Assembly (NCBI GenBank): GCA_963835415.1 | Contig: CAWIFZ010000013.1 | Coordinates: forward strand, 15,467 to 79,466 | DNA from: an uncultured Actinomycetes bacterium | Lineage (GTDB): Bacteria; Actinomycetota; UBA4738; HRBIN12 | Reading direction: 5' to 3' | DNA: 64,000 nucleotides | In this document: one piece after another, positions 11,118 through 23,046 of the stretch | Position numbering within the stretch: the first letter of the stretch is position 1 | Layout: each line of letters opens with the position of its first letter | The notes under the pieces: model-generated | Told to the model about the DNA's origin: nothing | The model's input: only the letters and a program-made list of their open reading frames with translations | The model's database searches: none | Program-made: the position numbers and the translations under genes

Positions 11118-11168
11118 CCGGATATCGGCGATGCACGCCCATCCGGAAATGAGCGGTCCGACGCGTCG

Positions 11169-12164
11169 CTACGCGACCGATCCCTCCGCCAAGACCTCCG
11201 TGTGCTCCGCCTCGACGAATCCGTCGAAGGCCACACGCCACGTGTGCGCCGGCCACCGATAGTCGGCCGTTCCCTCGGCCGGCCGGTACACCGCCGTGTA
11301 GAGCGTCCCGAAGCCGCTGTCGTACGCCGTGCTGAACAGCGGAGACCGCAGGAACGACTCCTCGAACGACGCAGCGGTCGTGTCGGGATCGGCGAGGAGA
11401 TCCAGGATGCATCGCTCGCGTTCGATCGTCCGGGTGGCGCGGGCCTGCTCCGGCCACTCCACCATCCCCTGGTGGTTCGTCGCCGCGGGGACACTGCGGA
11501 AGAACGGCTCGCGGTCGGGCGAGAGGTACGCGGTCAGCACCTCACCCGCGGTGTCGACCACGGTCAAGTTGTGGGCGAGCGCGTACGGCAGCCGCGCCAG
11601 CGCTTCCCTGGCCGACGCGACGTCGTCGCACGTCTCCAGTAGGTAGCGAACCACGAGCGGGATCCCGAAGCCATCGCCGAGCACCCGTCGCCCGCCGAAC
11701 GTGAGCGAGACGGCCAGACCCGCGTCGTTCATGCCGTCGAGCAAGCCCCAGAGGCAGTCGCTCATCCCGATGACGCGCCGTTCGCCCAGTCGCGTCGACC
11801 AGATGATGCCTTCCATGCGCGACGGCGCGTAGTCGTAGTTGCGCACGAGCATCGGGCCGTCGTCGCCCGACCACACCCCTTGGGAGCACGCGGCGAGGTA
11901 CGGAGGCGGCCGATAGAGCGACAGCATCCGCGCGGCCAGGTCTCCGCCTCCGGCGAGTTCGACGACGCGCTCGTACGCATCCATGAGCTCGGGCATGTGT
12001 GCACGGAGCATCCGCGCGCTCGTCGCGTACGACGGCCGGGCCTCCTCCCCTTCGCGGAGGAACCACTCACGGTAGTGCGGCCAGCGTTCCTCGAAGATCG
12101 CCGCCCACTTCGGGCCGAGCTCCAGCTCCTCGATCGACCGGAAGGAGAACGGGACCATCTGCAT
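11169..12164 (-). CDS. C45 family Ntn-hydrolase / acyltransferase
   Basis: Autoprocessing site AA|CSQ, RNYDY, DGMNDAGLAVS, ATNH; ATG overlaps the ATP-grasp stop (TGATG). Confidence 0.88.
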   Translation of the reverse strand: MQMVPFSFRSIEELELGPKWAAIFEERWPHYREWFLREGEEARPSYATSARMLRAHMPELMDAYERVVELAGGGDLAARMLSLYRPPPYLAACSQGVWSGDDGPMLVRNYDYAPSRMEGIIWSTRLGERRVIGMSDCLWGLLDGMNDAGLAVSLTFGGRRVLGDGFGIPLVVRYLLETCDDVASAREALARLPYALAHNLTVVDTAGEVLTAYLSPDREPFFRSVPAATNHQGMVEWPEQARATRTIERERCILDLLADPDTTAASFEESFLRSPLFSTAYDSGFGTLYTAVYRPAEGTADYRWPAHTWRVAFDGFVEAEHTEVLAEGSVA

Positions 12165-13621
12165 CAGAGCATCTTGAAGCCGAACGGTTCGGGCCGGATC
12201 GATGGTGCCTCCGGCTCGATCGGCACGCTCGCGAACTGCGCCTGCACACCGTCGATCCAATGCCGCGCCCGGTCGGTCAACTCGTGGTCGTCGTCCAGGA
12301 ACCTGCCGCGCGTCACCATGATGCCCAGATCCGCTCCGGGGTAACGGTAGTGACCCGGCCCTGCGATCCGGAGGTAGAACGCCTCCCCCTCGTCCGACAC
12401 GGTGTGCCAGTCGGTCTCACGGCGGGCGTACGAGATCGCACGGTCGTCGCCCATGCGCCACACGCCGGACGACGGCGCTTCGGTGATCCGCTCCACGCGA
12501 TCATCGGTCTGCTTCAGGATGAACTGCGTCCAATCGTCGATGTTCCCCGGATGCGCCCACCGTTCGTTGAGCTCGTCGACATCGATCTCATAGTCGACGT
12601 CCATGAACTCGAGGAGGTGGAACAGGAACAGCGGCATGTCGCCGTACGCGACCGCCGTGACGTTCGTGATGCTGGACGCGCCGGTCACACGGGGGTTGAG
12701 CTCGCCCAGATACATCTCGCCGGTCGACTCGTCCGCCAGGAAGTCGAGCTCGAAGTAGCCTCGATAGCCCTCGCGGCGCAATCGCTCGCCCATCGCGAAC
12801 GTCCGCTCCCGCGCGAGCGCGCGCTGACGCTCCGTCAACACGTCGGGGAACACATCGTTGCCGCACCACCCCCCGTCGTACGGGGTGAGCTCTGGGAACC
12901 CCGTGAGCTCGGCCATCAGAGGACCCACCAGCGTGCCGTGGCGTGTGATGACACCTTCGATCGCGCATTCGCGCGGGTCGATCCGTCGCATCACCTTGAT
13001 GTCGTGCCCGACGATCTTCTTCTCCTCCGTCTTCCAATCCCCTTCGTCCGCGATGAAGAACGTCGTCTGCCCGGAGTCGCCGTACGGCGTCTGCACGACG
13101 AGGTCGTCGCCGAGCCCCGCGGCGTGCGCGAGCTGCACCAGCGCGGCGTAGTCGTCCGCACGACCCATGGTGTTCGGCACGCTCGGCACGCCCGCGTCGT
13201 TGCCGAGCTGCGTCGTGACGATCTTCGAGTCCAATCGGTGGCGAAGCGAGGCCGGTGGGAACGCCACCTCCAGGCCGAGCTCGCCGGCGAGCTGCTCCGT
13301 CTCTTCGTCGAACATCAGGAACGCAGCTTTGCCGCCCGGACCACGCCGGCCGACGAAGTCCGCGACCTCCTTGTGCCCCAACAGGTAGTTGCAGATCTCC
13401 TCGATCGAGCCGAACTCGCGCGAGCCCTGCTCCTTGGGCACGAAGACGTTCGGATGGAACCCGTCGAACGAGTCGTAGTAGTTGAGGAACTTGAAGTTGC
13501 GGACCCACCGGTCGATCCCGAGCAGGTTGAACGCCGTCGCCGAGACGAAGTAGATCGGCTTCTCGTTCGTCCGGAAGAAGCTGCGGATGTCGGCGATGCC
13601 GCGGAGCGGTCCGTTCTTCAG
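12164..13621 (-). CDS. Stand-alone ATP-grasp ligase (often labelled biotin carboxylase), probable CTG start
   Basis: LDSKI, VQTPYGDSGQTTFF, GYRGYFELDFL, GELNPRVTGAS; GAGGAGG 6 nt before CTG at 13621. Confidence 0.8.
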   Translation of the reverse strand: MKNGPLRGIADIRSFFRTNEKPIYFVSATAFNLLGIDRWVRNFKFLNYYDSFDGFHPNVFVPKEQGSREFGSIEEICNYLLGHKEVADFVGRRGPGGKAAFLMFDEETEQLAGELGLEVAFPPASLRHRLDSKIVTTQLGNDAGVPSVPNTMGRADDYAALVQLAHAAGLGDDLVVQTPYGDSGQTTFFIADEGDWKTEEKKIVGHDIKVMRRIDPRECAIEGVITRHGTLVGPLMAELTGFPELTPYDGGWCGNDVFPDVLTERQRALARERTFAMGERLRREGYRGYFELDFLADESTGEMYLGELNPRVTGASSITNVTAVAYGDMPLFLFHLLEFMDVDYEIDVDELNERWAHPGNIDDWTQFILKQTDDRVERITEAPSSGVWRMGDDRAISYARRETDWHTVSDEGEAFYLRIAGPGHYRYPGADLGIMVTRGRFLDDDHELTDRARHWIDGVQAQFASVPIEPEAPSIRPEPFGFKML

Positions 13622-13699
13622 CGCAGACCTCCTCGTGCGAGAGGCAAGGTACCTCAGGTCGGGTTGCTCTGGGATGGATGGAGGGGTTGCCGGATGTGC

Positions 13700-13714
13700 G
13701 TAATGATGTAATCT
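13700..13714 (+). promoter_or_regulatory. GTAAT direct repeat overlapping -10 (TAATCT) of a leaderless gene
   Basis: gtaatgatgtaatct, then 7 nt, then ATG 13722; AT-rich patch in a GC-rich background. Confidence 0.5.
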
Positions 13715-13721
13715 CCATTGC

Positions 13722-14249
13722 ATGACACATTCACGGACCACCTCACCGGATGAGCTCCAGGGCTGGTTCGCCGGCCGGCTTCCCGCCGACTGGTTCGTCG
13801 GCGCCCCCACCGTCGAAGCGGACCGCGACGAGATCCTCGTGGTGGGAACGCTGGCGGAGCCCGAACTCCCCTCCGATGCGTCGGCCGACGCCGTCGCCGC
13901 CGCACGGGCGTCCCGCATCGCGGGGTACCGCGAGGACACGCGCGGCCAGCGGATGCGGATCGCGGATGAAGCCCAGCATCGGTTCGGGCGCAAGGTGTCC
14001 TGGGGAGCCAGCTGCGGCGACCAGACCGTCTGGTTCACCACGCTCGCCGCGCCTGCCATGACGCGGCTCCGCATGCAGGAGCGCCGGGTGCTCGACACGC
14101 TCGTCGACGCCGGCGTGGCGCGGAGCCGCAGCCACGCGTTGGCTTGGTGCGTGCGTCTGGTGGCCGAGCGCCAGGACGACTGGCTGAAGGACCTCCGCGG
14201 CGCACTCGAGTCGGTGGAGAAGGTGCGGGAGGAAGGGCCGAAGGACTGA
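13722..14249 (+). CDS. Conserved actinobacterial protein with C-terminal ribbon-helix-helix-like domain
   Basis: MTRLRMQERRVLDTLVDAGVARSRSHALAWCV resembles CopG/RHH; GC3-rich codon usage. Confidence 0.7.
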   Translation: MTHSRTTSPDELQGWFAGRLPADWFVGAPTVEADRDEILVVGTLAEPELPSDASADAVAAARASRIAGYREDTRGQRMRIADEAQHRFGRKVSWGASCGDQTVWFTTLAAPAMTRLRMQERRVLDTLVDAGVARSRSHALAWCVRLVAERQDDWLKDLRGALESVEKVREEGPKD

Positions 14250-14275
14250 CCGCAGGCTGTCGGTTCGGGCCGGCG

Positions 14276-14491
14276 CTACGCGCCGGCCCGACGCACCTCG
14301 ATCACGACGTTCATCGCCTTGCTCACGAGGACGCGATCCCCCGCGACCAGGCCCACTGCTACGCTCTCGCTACCTAAGCGCGCCGTCTCGACCGTCCGAT
14401 CGGGGTAGACGAGCGTCACGTCCACGTGACCCACCCCGTGTACGTCCCACGGACGGATCTCCATCAGGACGGCTTCCTGTTCCCCAAGCAC
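14276..14491 (-). CDS. Small hypothetical beta-rich protein
   Basis: 72-codon ORF VLGEQEAVLMEIRPWDVHG...VIEVRRAGA filling the gap. Confidence 0.55.
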   Translation of the reverse strand: MLGEQEAVLMEIRPWDVHGVGHVDVTLVYPDRTVETARLGSESVAVGLVAGDRVLVSKAMNVVIEVRRAGA

Positions 14492-14552
14492 GCATCGAGC
14501 GTACCGAACCGCCGAACTCAAGCTCCGTCGCCCCAACGCCGACGTTGGAGGT

Positions 14553-15855
14553 ATGACCAGAGGGGGAGGCTTGTTCCGTCGTCGCACGATCACGCTGACG
14601 GTGGCGTTCACGCTCGCCTTCTCGCTGCTGCCCACGCACGGCGCGCAGGCCACGGTCGCGCGCCCATCGCAGCTGGGTGACGCGGGCTCGGGAGCACCAC
14701 CCATCCCGGTCGTGCTTCCCGGAACGCGCACCGACGCTTCGGCGAGGGCGTTCGGACGTTCGTCGATCGTCTGGTCGGATCTGGACAGGTCCACGAAGTG
14801 GGCCAAGGAGGCCATCAACTACGTCGGCGCCGCGAACGAGTGGATGCGCGACTTCGCGCCCAACCCGGACGGCACGTACCCGTTCCAGCCGAACACGATC
14901 GAAACCCGCAAGTACTTCGCTCGAGCGGTCGTGATGGCATTGGCGCCGATCGAGACCGTCGACCCGAGCATCACGTTCGCGGACCTGGACCCGAGCGACG
15001 CGTTCTACCCCGCGGCGAACATCGCGGTGAAGCTCCACTGGATGAAGAAGACCGCCGCGGGCACGTTCGCGCCGGACAAGCCGGTGACGACGACGATGGT
15101 GCATCGCGTGCTGACGATGGCGCTCGGCCTAGGCCCCGCGATCAAGTCGCTCAACCATCTGCACACGGCGGATGGGGTCGACGTTCGCGCTCCCGGCGAA
15201 CTTCGGCGCGTTGATCCTGGGGATGCGACTCGGGCTCCGGTACAACAGCTCCAACGAGGCGAACGACGTCGCTCCGACCACACCGCTCTCGCGGGCGCAG
15301 GTCGCGTACTCGCTCTACCGCGCGGTGACGCAGCCTTCGTGGAACGTCCCGTCACTGATCGAGCAGTACCAGGACATCGAGCTCCCGACGCTCACCCCGG
15401 ATCAGCAGCAGATCGTCCAGTGGGGCGTCAAGTACGTGGGCTTCCCGTACGTGTGGGGCGGCGAATGGGGGTTCACGACGTCGTCGTACGGGCAAACGGT
15501 CCCCGGCTTCGACTGCTCGGGCTTCACGTGGTGGCTCCTCCGCGCGAGCGACGACGCGTACTGGCGCGTCTCCCCCCCGCGTCCGTACGTCGGATGGGAT
15601 CTGCCGCAGCGCACATCGGCGGACATGGCGACGATCGGCAAGCTGCCGTACGACAAGCTACGACCCGGCGACCTGATGTTCTACGACGGTGACGGTGACG
15701 GACGCGTCGACCACGTCGACACGTTCATCGGCAACGGCTGGGCGCTGGACTCCTCGAGCACACCGGGCGGCGTGACCATCATGTGGGTCGGCGACGGGTG
15801 GTACCGCGACCACTTCGTCCACGGCCGTCGGGTGCTGCCCGACCAGACCGTCTAG
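14553..15855 (+). CDS. Secreted SLH-like + NlpC/P60 cell-wall peptidase; frameshift near 15180
   Basis: Signal peptide and SLH-like segments (WSDLDRSTKWAKEAI, FADLDPSDAFY) in one frame; YVWGG, FDCSGF, DHVD NlpC motifs in the next frame. Confidence 0.8.
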
Positions 15856-16262
15856 CCGCCAACCGCGTCGACATCGAGCGCCGCCTGGAGCAGCGCTCGT
15901 TCCTGGTCCGTCAGCGGGCGCGACCGGTCCGCGTCTGGATCGCGCGGAACGACGACCGCTTCCGCCTCAGCCGCGATCGTGCCGTCCGACTTCACGATCT
16001 CCTCGCGTGTTCGCACGCTGGACCGGCCGATCGACGCCAGGCGGCAACGGACCACGACCTCCCCGTCGGCCTGCGTGAGCTGGTTCCGGTAATCGATGCC
16101 GATGTGCGCTAGGACGAAGTCCCAGCTCCCATCGGCCGACCCGAGCAGCTCCTGCGCCCACGCGTCGCGACACTCCTCGAGGTACGTCAGGTAGACACCG
16201 TTGTTCACGTGGCCGTACGCGTCCATGTCGCGCCAGCGGATCCGGATGCGCGTCTCGTGCAT
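15852..16262 (-). CDS. Acyl-CoA thioesterase (4HBT hot-dog)
   Basis: IRWRDMDAYGHVNNGVYLTYLEECR. Confidence 0.9.
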   Translation of the reverse strand: MHETRIRIRWRDMDAYGHVNNGVYLTYLEECRDAWAQELLGSADGSWDFVLAHIGIDYRNQLTQADGEVVVRCRLASIGRSSVRTREEIVKSDGTIAAEAEAVVVPRDPDADRSRPLTDQERALLQAALDVDAVGG

Positions 16263-16265
16263 GCG

Positions 16266-17081
16266 CTACGACGGCTCGGGGTTCATGCTGCCCGACCGGA
16301 AGCCTTCGAGATCGAGCGTCACGTATCGGTAGCCCAGCGAGCGGAGGCCCTCGACGGCCTGCTCCCTGATGCCCGGCTCCGCCAGGCGAGCGACATCGGC
16401 CACGTCCACCTCGATGCGGGCGACGTCCTCATGCACACGCACGCGGCACTGTCGGAACCCCAGATCCTTCAGCAGGCGCTCGGCACGTCCGATCTTCGAC
16501 AGCTCTTCCACCTTGATCGTCACCCCGAACGGGATCCTCGAGGCGAGGCATGCGGACGCGGGCTTGTCCCAGGTGGGGATGGCCAGCTCGCGTGACGCCT
16601 CGCGCACATCCGATTTGGACATCGCCACCTCGACGAGCGGGTGACGCACACCGTGCTCGGCGGCGGCCGCAAGTCCGGGCCGGAAGTCGCCGAGGTCGTC
16701 CATGTTCGCGCCCGACACCACGACCGGGAAGTCGTGCTCCTCCGCGACCCGCGCGAGCACGTCGTAGAGCTCCGACTTGCAGTGGTAGCAGCGGTCGGTG
16801 CCGTTCGCGAGGTACGCAGGCCGTTCGGCCTCGTGCGTGCGCACGGTTCGATGGACGATGCCCAGCTCGTCGGCGACGCGCCGAGCCTGGTCGGCCTCGC
16901 CCGGCGGGAGCGACGGAGAGACGGCGGTGATCGCGAGCGCGCGATCGCCCAGCGCTCGAGCCGCGACCGCGGCCACGAGGGTGGAGTCGATGCCGCCGGA
17001 ATACGCCACGACCACGCCTCCCGTCGAGGCCAAGACCTCGTGCAGTCGGTCGAGCTTGCGTGTCACCTCCGTGGTCGCCAT
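16266..17081 (-). CDS. larE: ATP-dependent sulfur transferase LarE
   Basis: PP-loop AYSGGIDS, RCYHCK, DDLGDFRPG, KPASACLASRIPFG, GFRSGSMN. Confidence 0.92.
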   Translation of the reverse strand: MATTEVTRKLDRLHEVLASTGGVVVAYSGGIDSTLVAAVAARALGDRALAITAVSPSLPPGEADQARRVADELGIVHRTVRTHEAERPAYLANGTDRCYHCKSELYDVLARVAEEHDFPVVVSGANMDDLGDFRPGLAAAAEHGVRHPLVEVAMSKSDVREASRELAIPTWDKPASACLASRIPFGVTIKVEELSKIGRAERLLKDLGFRQCRVRVHEDVARIEVDVADVARLAEPGIREQAVEGLRSLGYRYVTLDLEGFRSGSMNPEPS

Positions 17082-17144
17082 GGCGGCGATTGTCCCACGG
17101 CCTCGCGGCCGGACCCGCGACGGGCTGACGACCCGGCCCTGGAC

Positions 17145-17200
17145 GTCAGAACGGCCCGGATGGGGGATCCGGGCCGTTCCTTCGGAGAGAGGGGCTCCAC
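17145..17200 (-). ncRNA. Putative 6C-like small RNA (two hairpins with C-rich loops)
   Basis: Minus strand GGAG-CCCCUCU-CUCC, then GAACGGCCCGGAU-CCCCC-AUCCGGGCCGUUC (13-bp stem). Confidence 0.45.
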
Positions 17201-17305
17201 AGATTGGTTCGTTCGACCTCCCGCGAGGGTTCATCGCGAGATGTGGCGAAGATGTGACCGTCGGTTCGCAGAAGGCCGCGTCCGCCTCGCCGGGACGCCG
17301 AACGA

Positions 17306-17331
17306 CGAAGGGGCCCCGGAGGGCCCCTTCG
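17306..17331 (-). terminator. groEL terminator hairpin
   Basis: cgaaggggccc-cgga-gggccccttcg ~20 nt after the groEL stop. Confidence 0.8.
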
Positions 17332-17352
17332 GAAGAGCTGGAGAACGTGGAC

Positions 17353-19011
<1,659 letters not shown>

Positions 19012-19031
19012 TCAGCCTGCGTTGTCGACTG

Positions 19032-19058
19032 CTAGCACTCGGCGACTCCGAGTGCTAA
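19032..19058 (-). promoter_or_regulatory. CIRCE element (HrcA operator)
   Basis: CTAGCACTC-N9-GAGTGCTAA directly downstream of a TTGTCA...TAGAAT promoter on the minus strand. Confidence 0.95.
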
Positions 19059-19120
19059 CGATTCTAGGTCGAGGGCGTCGCGGCTGACAACGCGAACCGC
19101 TCCCGTGCCATCATCGATCC

Positions 19121-20900
19121 ATGGTTGACACCCCCGCCTGGGAGCGGCGATTCACGGCGACCCAGATGAGCTTCCCGGCCTGGATCGACAGCGCCCCAGA
19201 CCTTCTCGCGTTCGCATCGAACGAGGACGGCTCCTGGCAGGTCTGGACCACGGACCTGGGCACCGGCACTCGACGGCCGGGTCTCGAACGAGCCGGTCGG
19301 GGTGGAAGAAGCATTGGTCGCCCCGGATGGACGGGTCGTGTGGTGGCAGGACGACGTCGGGGACGAGACCGGGCGATGGATGGCCGCCGCGTTCGACGGG
19401 TCTGAGGCTCGGCCCTTGGTCGAAGGTCTCCCGACGGGCTGGCGACAGGGGATCTCGTTCGCGGGAACGGGCGAGATCGCGCTCGGGCTCAGCACGGAGG
19501 AGGACTACCGTGCGTACTTCATCCCCGCCGCCGGCTCTCCGAGGCTCATCCGGGCGGATCCCGCGCCGATCGGGGTCGGTCGACTCGAGCCGGCGGGCGC
19601 GGGAGGGCTTTCGGCCGACGGCCGCTTGATCTGCCTCCGACACGCAGAGCACGGCGACATCGTGCATGAGGCGTTGCGCGTGGTCGATCCCCAGGGCGAG
19701 ACCGTCGGCGAGCAGGTCGACGAGGGGTCGAACCTCGACCCCGTCGCGTGGAGCCCGGACCCCGGCGACCATCGGTTGCTCTTCACCTCCGCGCGAGGCC
19801 AGTTCGAACGACCCGCGCTCTGGGACCTCGCGAACGGAGAGCGGCATGATCTGGAGATCGATCTCCCAGGAGCCGTGATCCCCGTGGGGTGGTGGCCCGG
19901 CGGCTCATCGATCCTCGCTCGTCACGAGTTCGAAGGCACGGATCAGCTCGTGAGGATCGATCCTGGGTCGCGAACGGCAACGCTGGTACGGGAGGCCACG
20001 GGCGAGATCCTCGGGGCAGCGGTCCGGCCGGACGGTGCGGTGTGGTTCCTGAACAGCGACGTCACGCGGGTGCCGTCGGTCGTTGCGGACGACGGACGGA
20101 CCGTGATCGCCCCGCCCGGCGACCCGGTGCCCCCCGGAAGACCGCGATTCCCGCTCTGGTTCGCCGCACCGAACGGTCAGCGGGTCCAGGCGTTCGTCGC
20201 GACGCCTGAGGGCCACGGCCCGTGGCCCACCGTCATGAGCGTGCACGGTGGACCGGAGTGGCACGAGCGAGGCGGGTTCGATCCCGAGACCGACGCGCTC
20301 GTCGACGCGGGCTACGCGGTCGCGATCCCGAACTACCGGGGATCGACCGGCTACGGCGTGGCGTTCCAGCGCGCCCTGCTGGGCAACCCGTGGTTCCCGG
20401 AGTCGGAGGATGTGATCGCGTGTCTCGACGCGCTGATCGCGGACGGGATCACCGATCCGGATCGCGTCGCCTTCGCGGGGTGGTCGTGGGGTGGCTGCCT
20501 CGCGTGTCTCAACGCCGGGCTGCATCCCGAGCGATGGAAGGCGGTGTTCGCCGGGATCCCGTCGGGCGACATGGTGGCCGCGCACTACGCCTGCATGCCG
20601 GAGCTCAGGGCATACGACCTCGCCCTGTACGGCGGGAGTCCGGAGGAGCTGCCGGAGATGTGGGCAGAGCGCAACCCGATGTCATACGTCGATCGCGTGC
20701 AAGCGCCCGCGCTCGTGATCGCCGGCGAGAACGATCCGCGGTGCCCCCCGGAGGGGATCGTCCCGTGGGTGGAGGCTCTCCGCGCTCGAGGGATCACCGT
20801 CGAGGCGCACTTCTACCCCGAAGGGCATCACGCGAACACGAACGCGCAACAGGTGCGGCACATGCAGTTGATCCTGGACTTCTTCGCGCGCTACGTCTGA
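19121..20900 (+). CDS. S9 family peptidase; frameshift near 19280
   Basis: N-terminal piece ORF 19121; main ORF 19302-20900 with HGGPE, NYRGSTGYG, GWSWGG, ENDPRC, EGHH. Confidence 0.82.
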
Positions 20901-20907
20901 GCGATCG

Positions 20908-22881
20908 CTACTCGTCTCCCGCGCCAGACACCACCATGTCGTTGATCTGCTCGACGATCTCTGCGTTCGCGAGCGTGGTGACGTCGCCGAGCGGGCGACC
21001 GGTCGCGACGTCGCGGAGCAGTCGTCGCATGATCTTGCCCGATCGCGTCTTCGGCAGGTCGGTCGTGAAGATGATCCCGTGCGGACGCGCGATCTTCCCG
21101 ATCATCTGCGCCACGTGGTCGCGGAGCTCCTCGGCCATCGCGTCGTCCCCGACGTACTCCGACTTCAGCGTCACGAACGCCACGATGGCCTCACCCACGA
21201 GGTCATCCGGCCGGGACACCACGGCGGCCTCGGCGACCTTCGGATCGTCGACGAGCGCGCTTTCGATCTCATACGTCGAGAGTCGGTGCCCCGCAACGTT
21301 CATCACGTCGTCGATCCTGCCGAGCAGCCAGTAGTAGCCCTCGTCATCCCGCTTGACGCCGTCGCCCGCCACGTAGATCTCCGGCCCGTACTTGCTGAAG
21401 TACGTGCTCACGTAACGGTCGGGGTCGCCCCAGATCGTGCGCGCGATCGCCGGCCAGGGGTGCTTGAGCACCAGGTACCCGCCGCCGCCAAGCGGCACGG
21501 AGTTCCCGGCGTCGTCCAAGACATCGGCCTCGATCCCGGGGAACGGTTGTGTGGCGGACCCCGGCTTCAGCGTGGTGACGCCGGGCAAAGGGGAGATCAG
21601 GATCGCTCCGGTCTCGGTCTGCCACCACGTGTCGACGACGGGACAACGCTCGCCTCCGATGTACTTCCAGTACCAGACCCACGCTTCGGGGTTGATCGGC
21701 TCCCCCACCGAGCCGAGCAGGCGCAACGACGAGAGGTCGTGGCTCTCCGGGAACTTCGTCCCCCAGCGCATGAACGCCCGGATCGCCGTCGGCGCCGTGT
21801 ACAGGATCGTGGCCCGATATTTCTCGGCGATCGCCCAGAGCCGGTCCTTGTCGGGCCAGTCCGGCGCGCCCTCGTAGATGATGCCCGTGGTGTGGTTCGC
21901 GAGCGGGCCGTACACGATGTACGAGTGACCCGTCACCCATCCGATGTCCGCCGCGCACCAATACACATCGTCCTCGTGGATGTCGAAGATCATGCGGTGC
22001 GTCGCCGCGACCTGGGTCATGTACCCGCCGGTGGTGTGCGCGATGCCCTTCGGCTTCCCCGTGGTGCCGCTCGTGTAGAGCAGGTACAGGAAGTCCTCGG
22101 CATCCATCTCTTCCGGCGGGCACTCGGCCGGTTGATCCGCGATCAACTCGTGGTACCAATGGTCGCGCCCCGGCGTGAACGTGTGCTCGCCGCCGGTCCG
22201 ACGCACCGTCACGACATGCGTGATCGTCGGGCAATCCACGAGCGCCGCGTCGGCGCTCTCCTTGAGCGGCACGATCTGTCCTCGCCGGTATCCGCCGTCG
22301 GCCGTGATCAGGACCGTCGCCTCGGCGTCATTGATCCGGTCCTTCAACGCTTCGGCCGAGAACCCGCCGAACACGACGGAATGTGCCGCGCCGATGCGCG
22401 CACACGCGAGCATCGCGACGGGGAGCTCCGGCACCATCCCGAGGTAGATGGCCACGCGGTCCCCTCGCTGCACGCCCAGACCCTTCAGGGCGTTCGCGAA
22501 CCGACACGTCTCCTCGTACAGGTCCCGGTACGTGATCGTGCGGGTGTCCCCGGGCTCGCCTTCCCAGTGGTACGCGACCTTGTCGCCCCCGCCCGCCTCG
22601 ACGTGGCGGTCGAGGCAGTTGTACGAGGCGTTCAGGGTCCCGCCCGTGAACCACTTGACCCACGGAGCGTTCCGCTCCATGACCTCGTCCCATCGGCGGA
22701 ACCACGAGATCCGCTCCGCCTGCTCCGCCCAGAACCCCACGGGATCGGCCGCCGCCCGGTCATAGATCGAGCGATCGGACACGATCGCGCGCTCCACGAA
22801 CGCCTCCGGTGGCTCGAACACACGCTTCTCGGAGAGCAGGGCCTCGATGTTCCGCTCGGTGTCGCTCACGGTGGTTCGCAC
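20908..22881 (-). CDS. acs: Acetate--CoA ligase
   Basis: YTSGTTGKPKG, DTWWQTETG, LPKTRSGKIMRRLL. Confidence 0.97.
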   Translation of the reverse strand: MRTTVSDTERNIEALLSEKRVFEPPEAFVERAIVSDRSIYDRAAADPVGFWAEQAERISWFRRWDEVMERNAPWVKWFTGGTLNASYNCLDRHVEAGGGDKVAYHWEGEPGDTRTITYRDLYEETCRFANALKGLGVQRGDRVAIYLGMVPELPVAMLACARIGAAHSVVFGGFSAEALKDRINDAEATVLITADGGYRRGQIVPLKESADAALVDCPTITHVVTVRRTGGEHTFTPGRDHWYHELIADQPAECPPEEMDAEDFLYLLYTSGTTGKPKGIAHTTGGYMTQVAATHRMIFDIHEDDVYWCAADIGWVTGHSYIVYGPLANHTTGIIYEGAPDWPDKDRLWAIAEKYRATILYTAPTAIRAFMRWGTKFPESHDLSSLRLLGSVGEPINPEAWVWYWKYIGGERCPVVDTWWQTETGAILISPLPGVTTLKPGSATQPFPGIEADVLDDAGNSVPLGGGGYLVLKHPWPAIARTIWGDPDRYVSTYFSKYGPEIYVAGDGVKRDDEGYYWLLGRIDDVMNVAGHRLSTYEIESALVDDPKVAEAAVVSRPDDLVGEAIVAFVTLKSEYVGDDAMAEELRDHVAQMIGKIARPHGIIFTTDLPKTRSGKIMRRLLRDVATGRPLGDVTTLANAEIVEQINDMVVSGAGDE

Positions 22882-23046
22882 CCCTCTAGGTCACGGAAGG
22901 GCAGCATCGTACGCAGGAACCGCGTTTCCGTGCGAACCGACCTGGAGCCCGGAAGTACTTGCAACACGGGTCCTGGAGCCTCACCATCGTGTGTGAGGCC
23001 GCCGTCTGAGGCGGCCTCGAAGCGTAAAAGGGGAAGGAGGCAGGCG

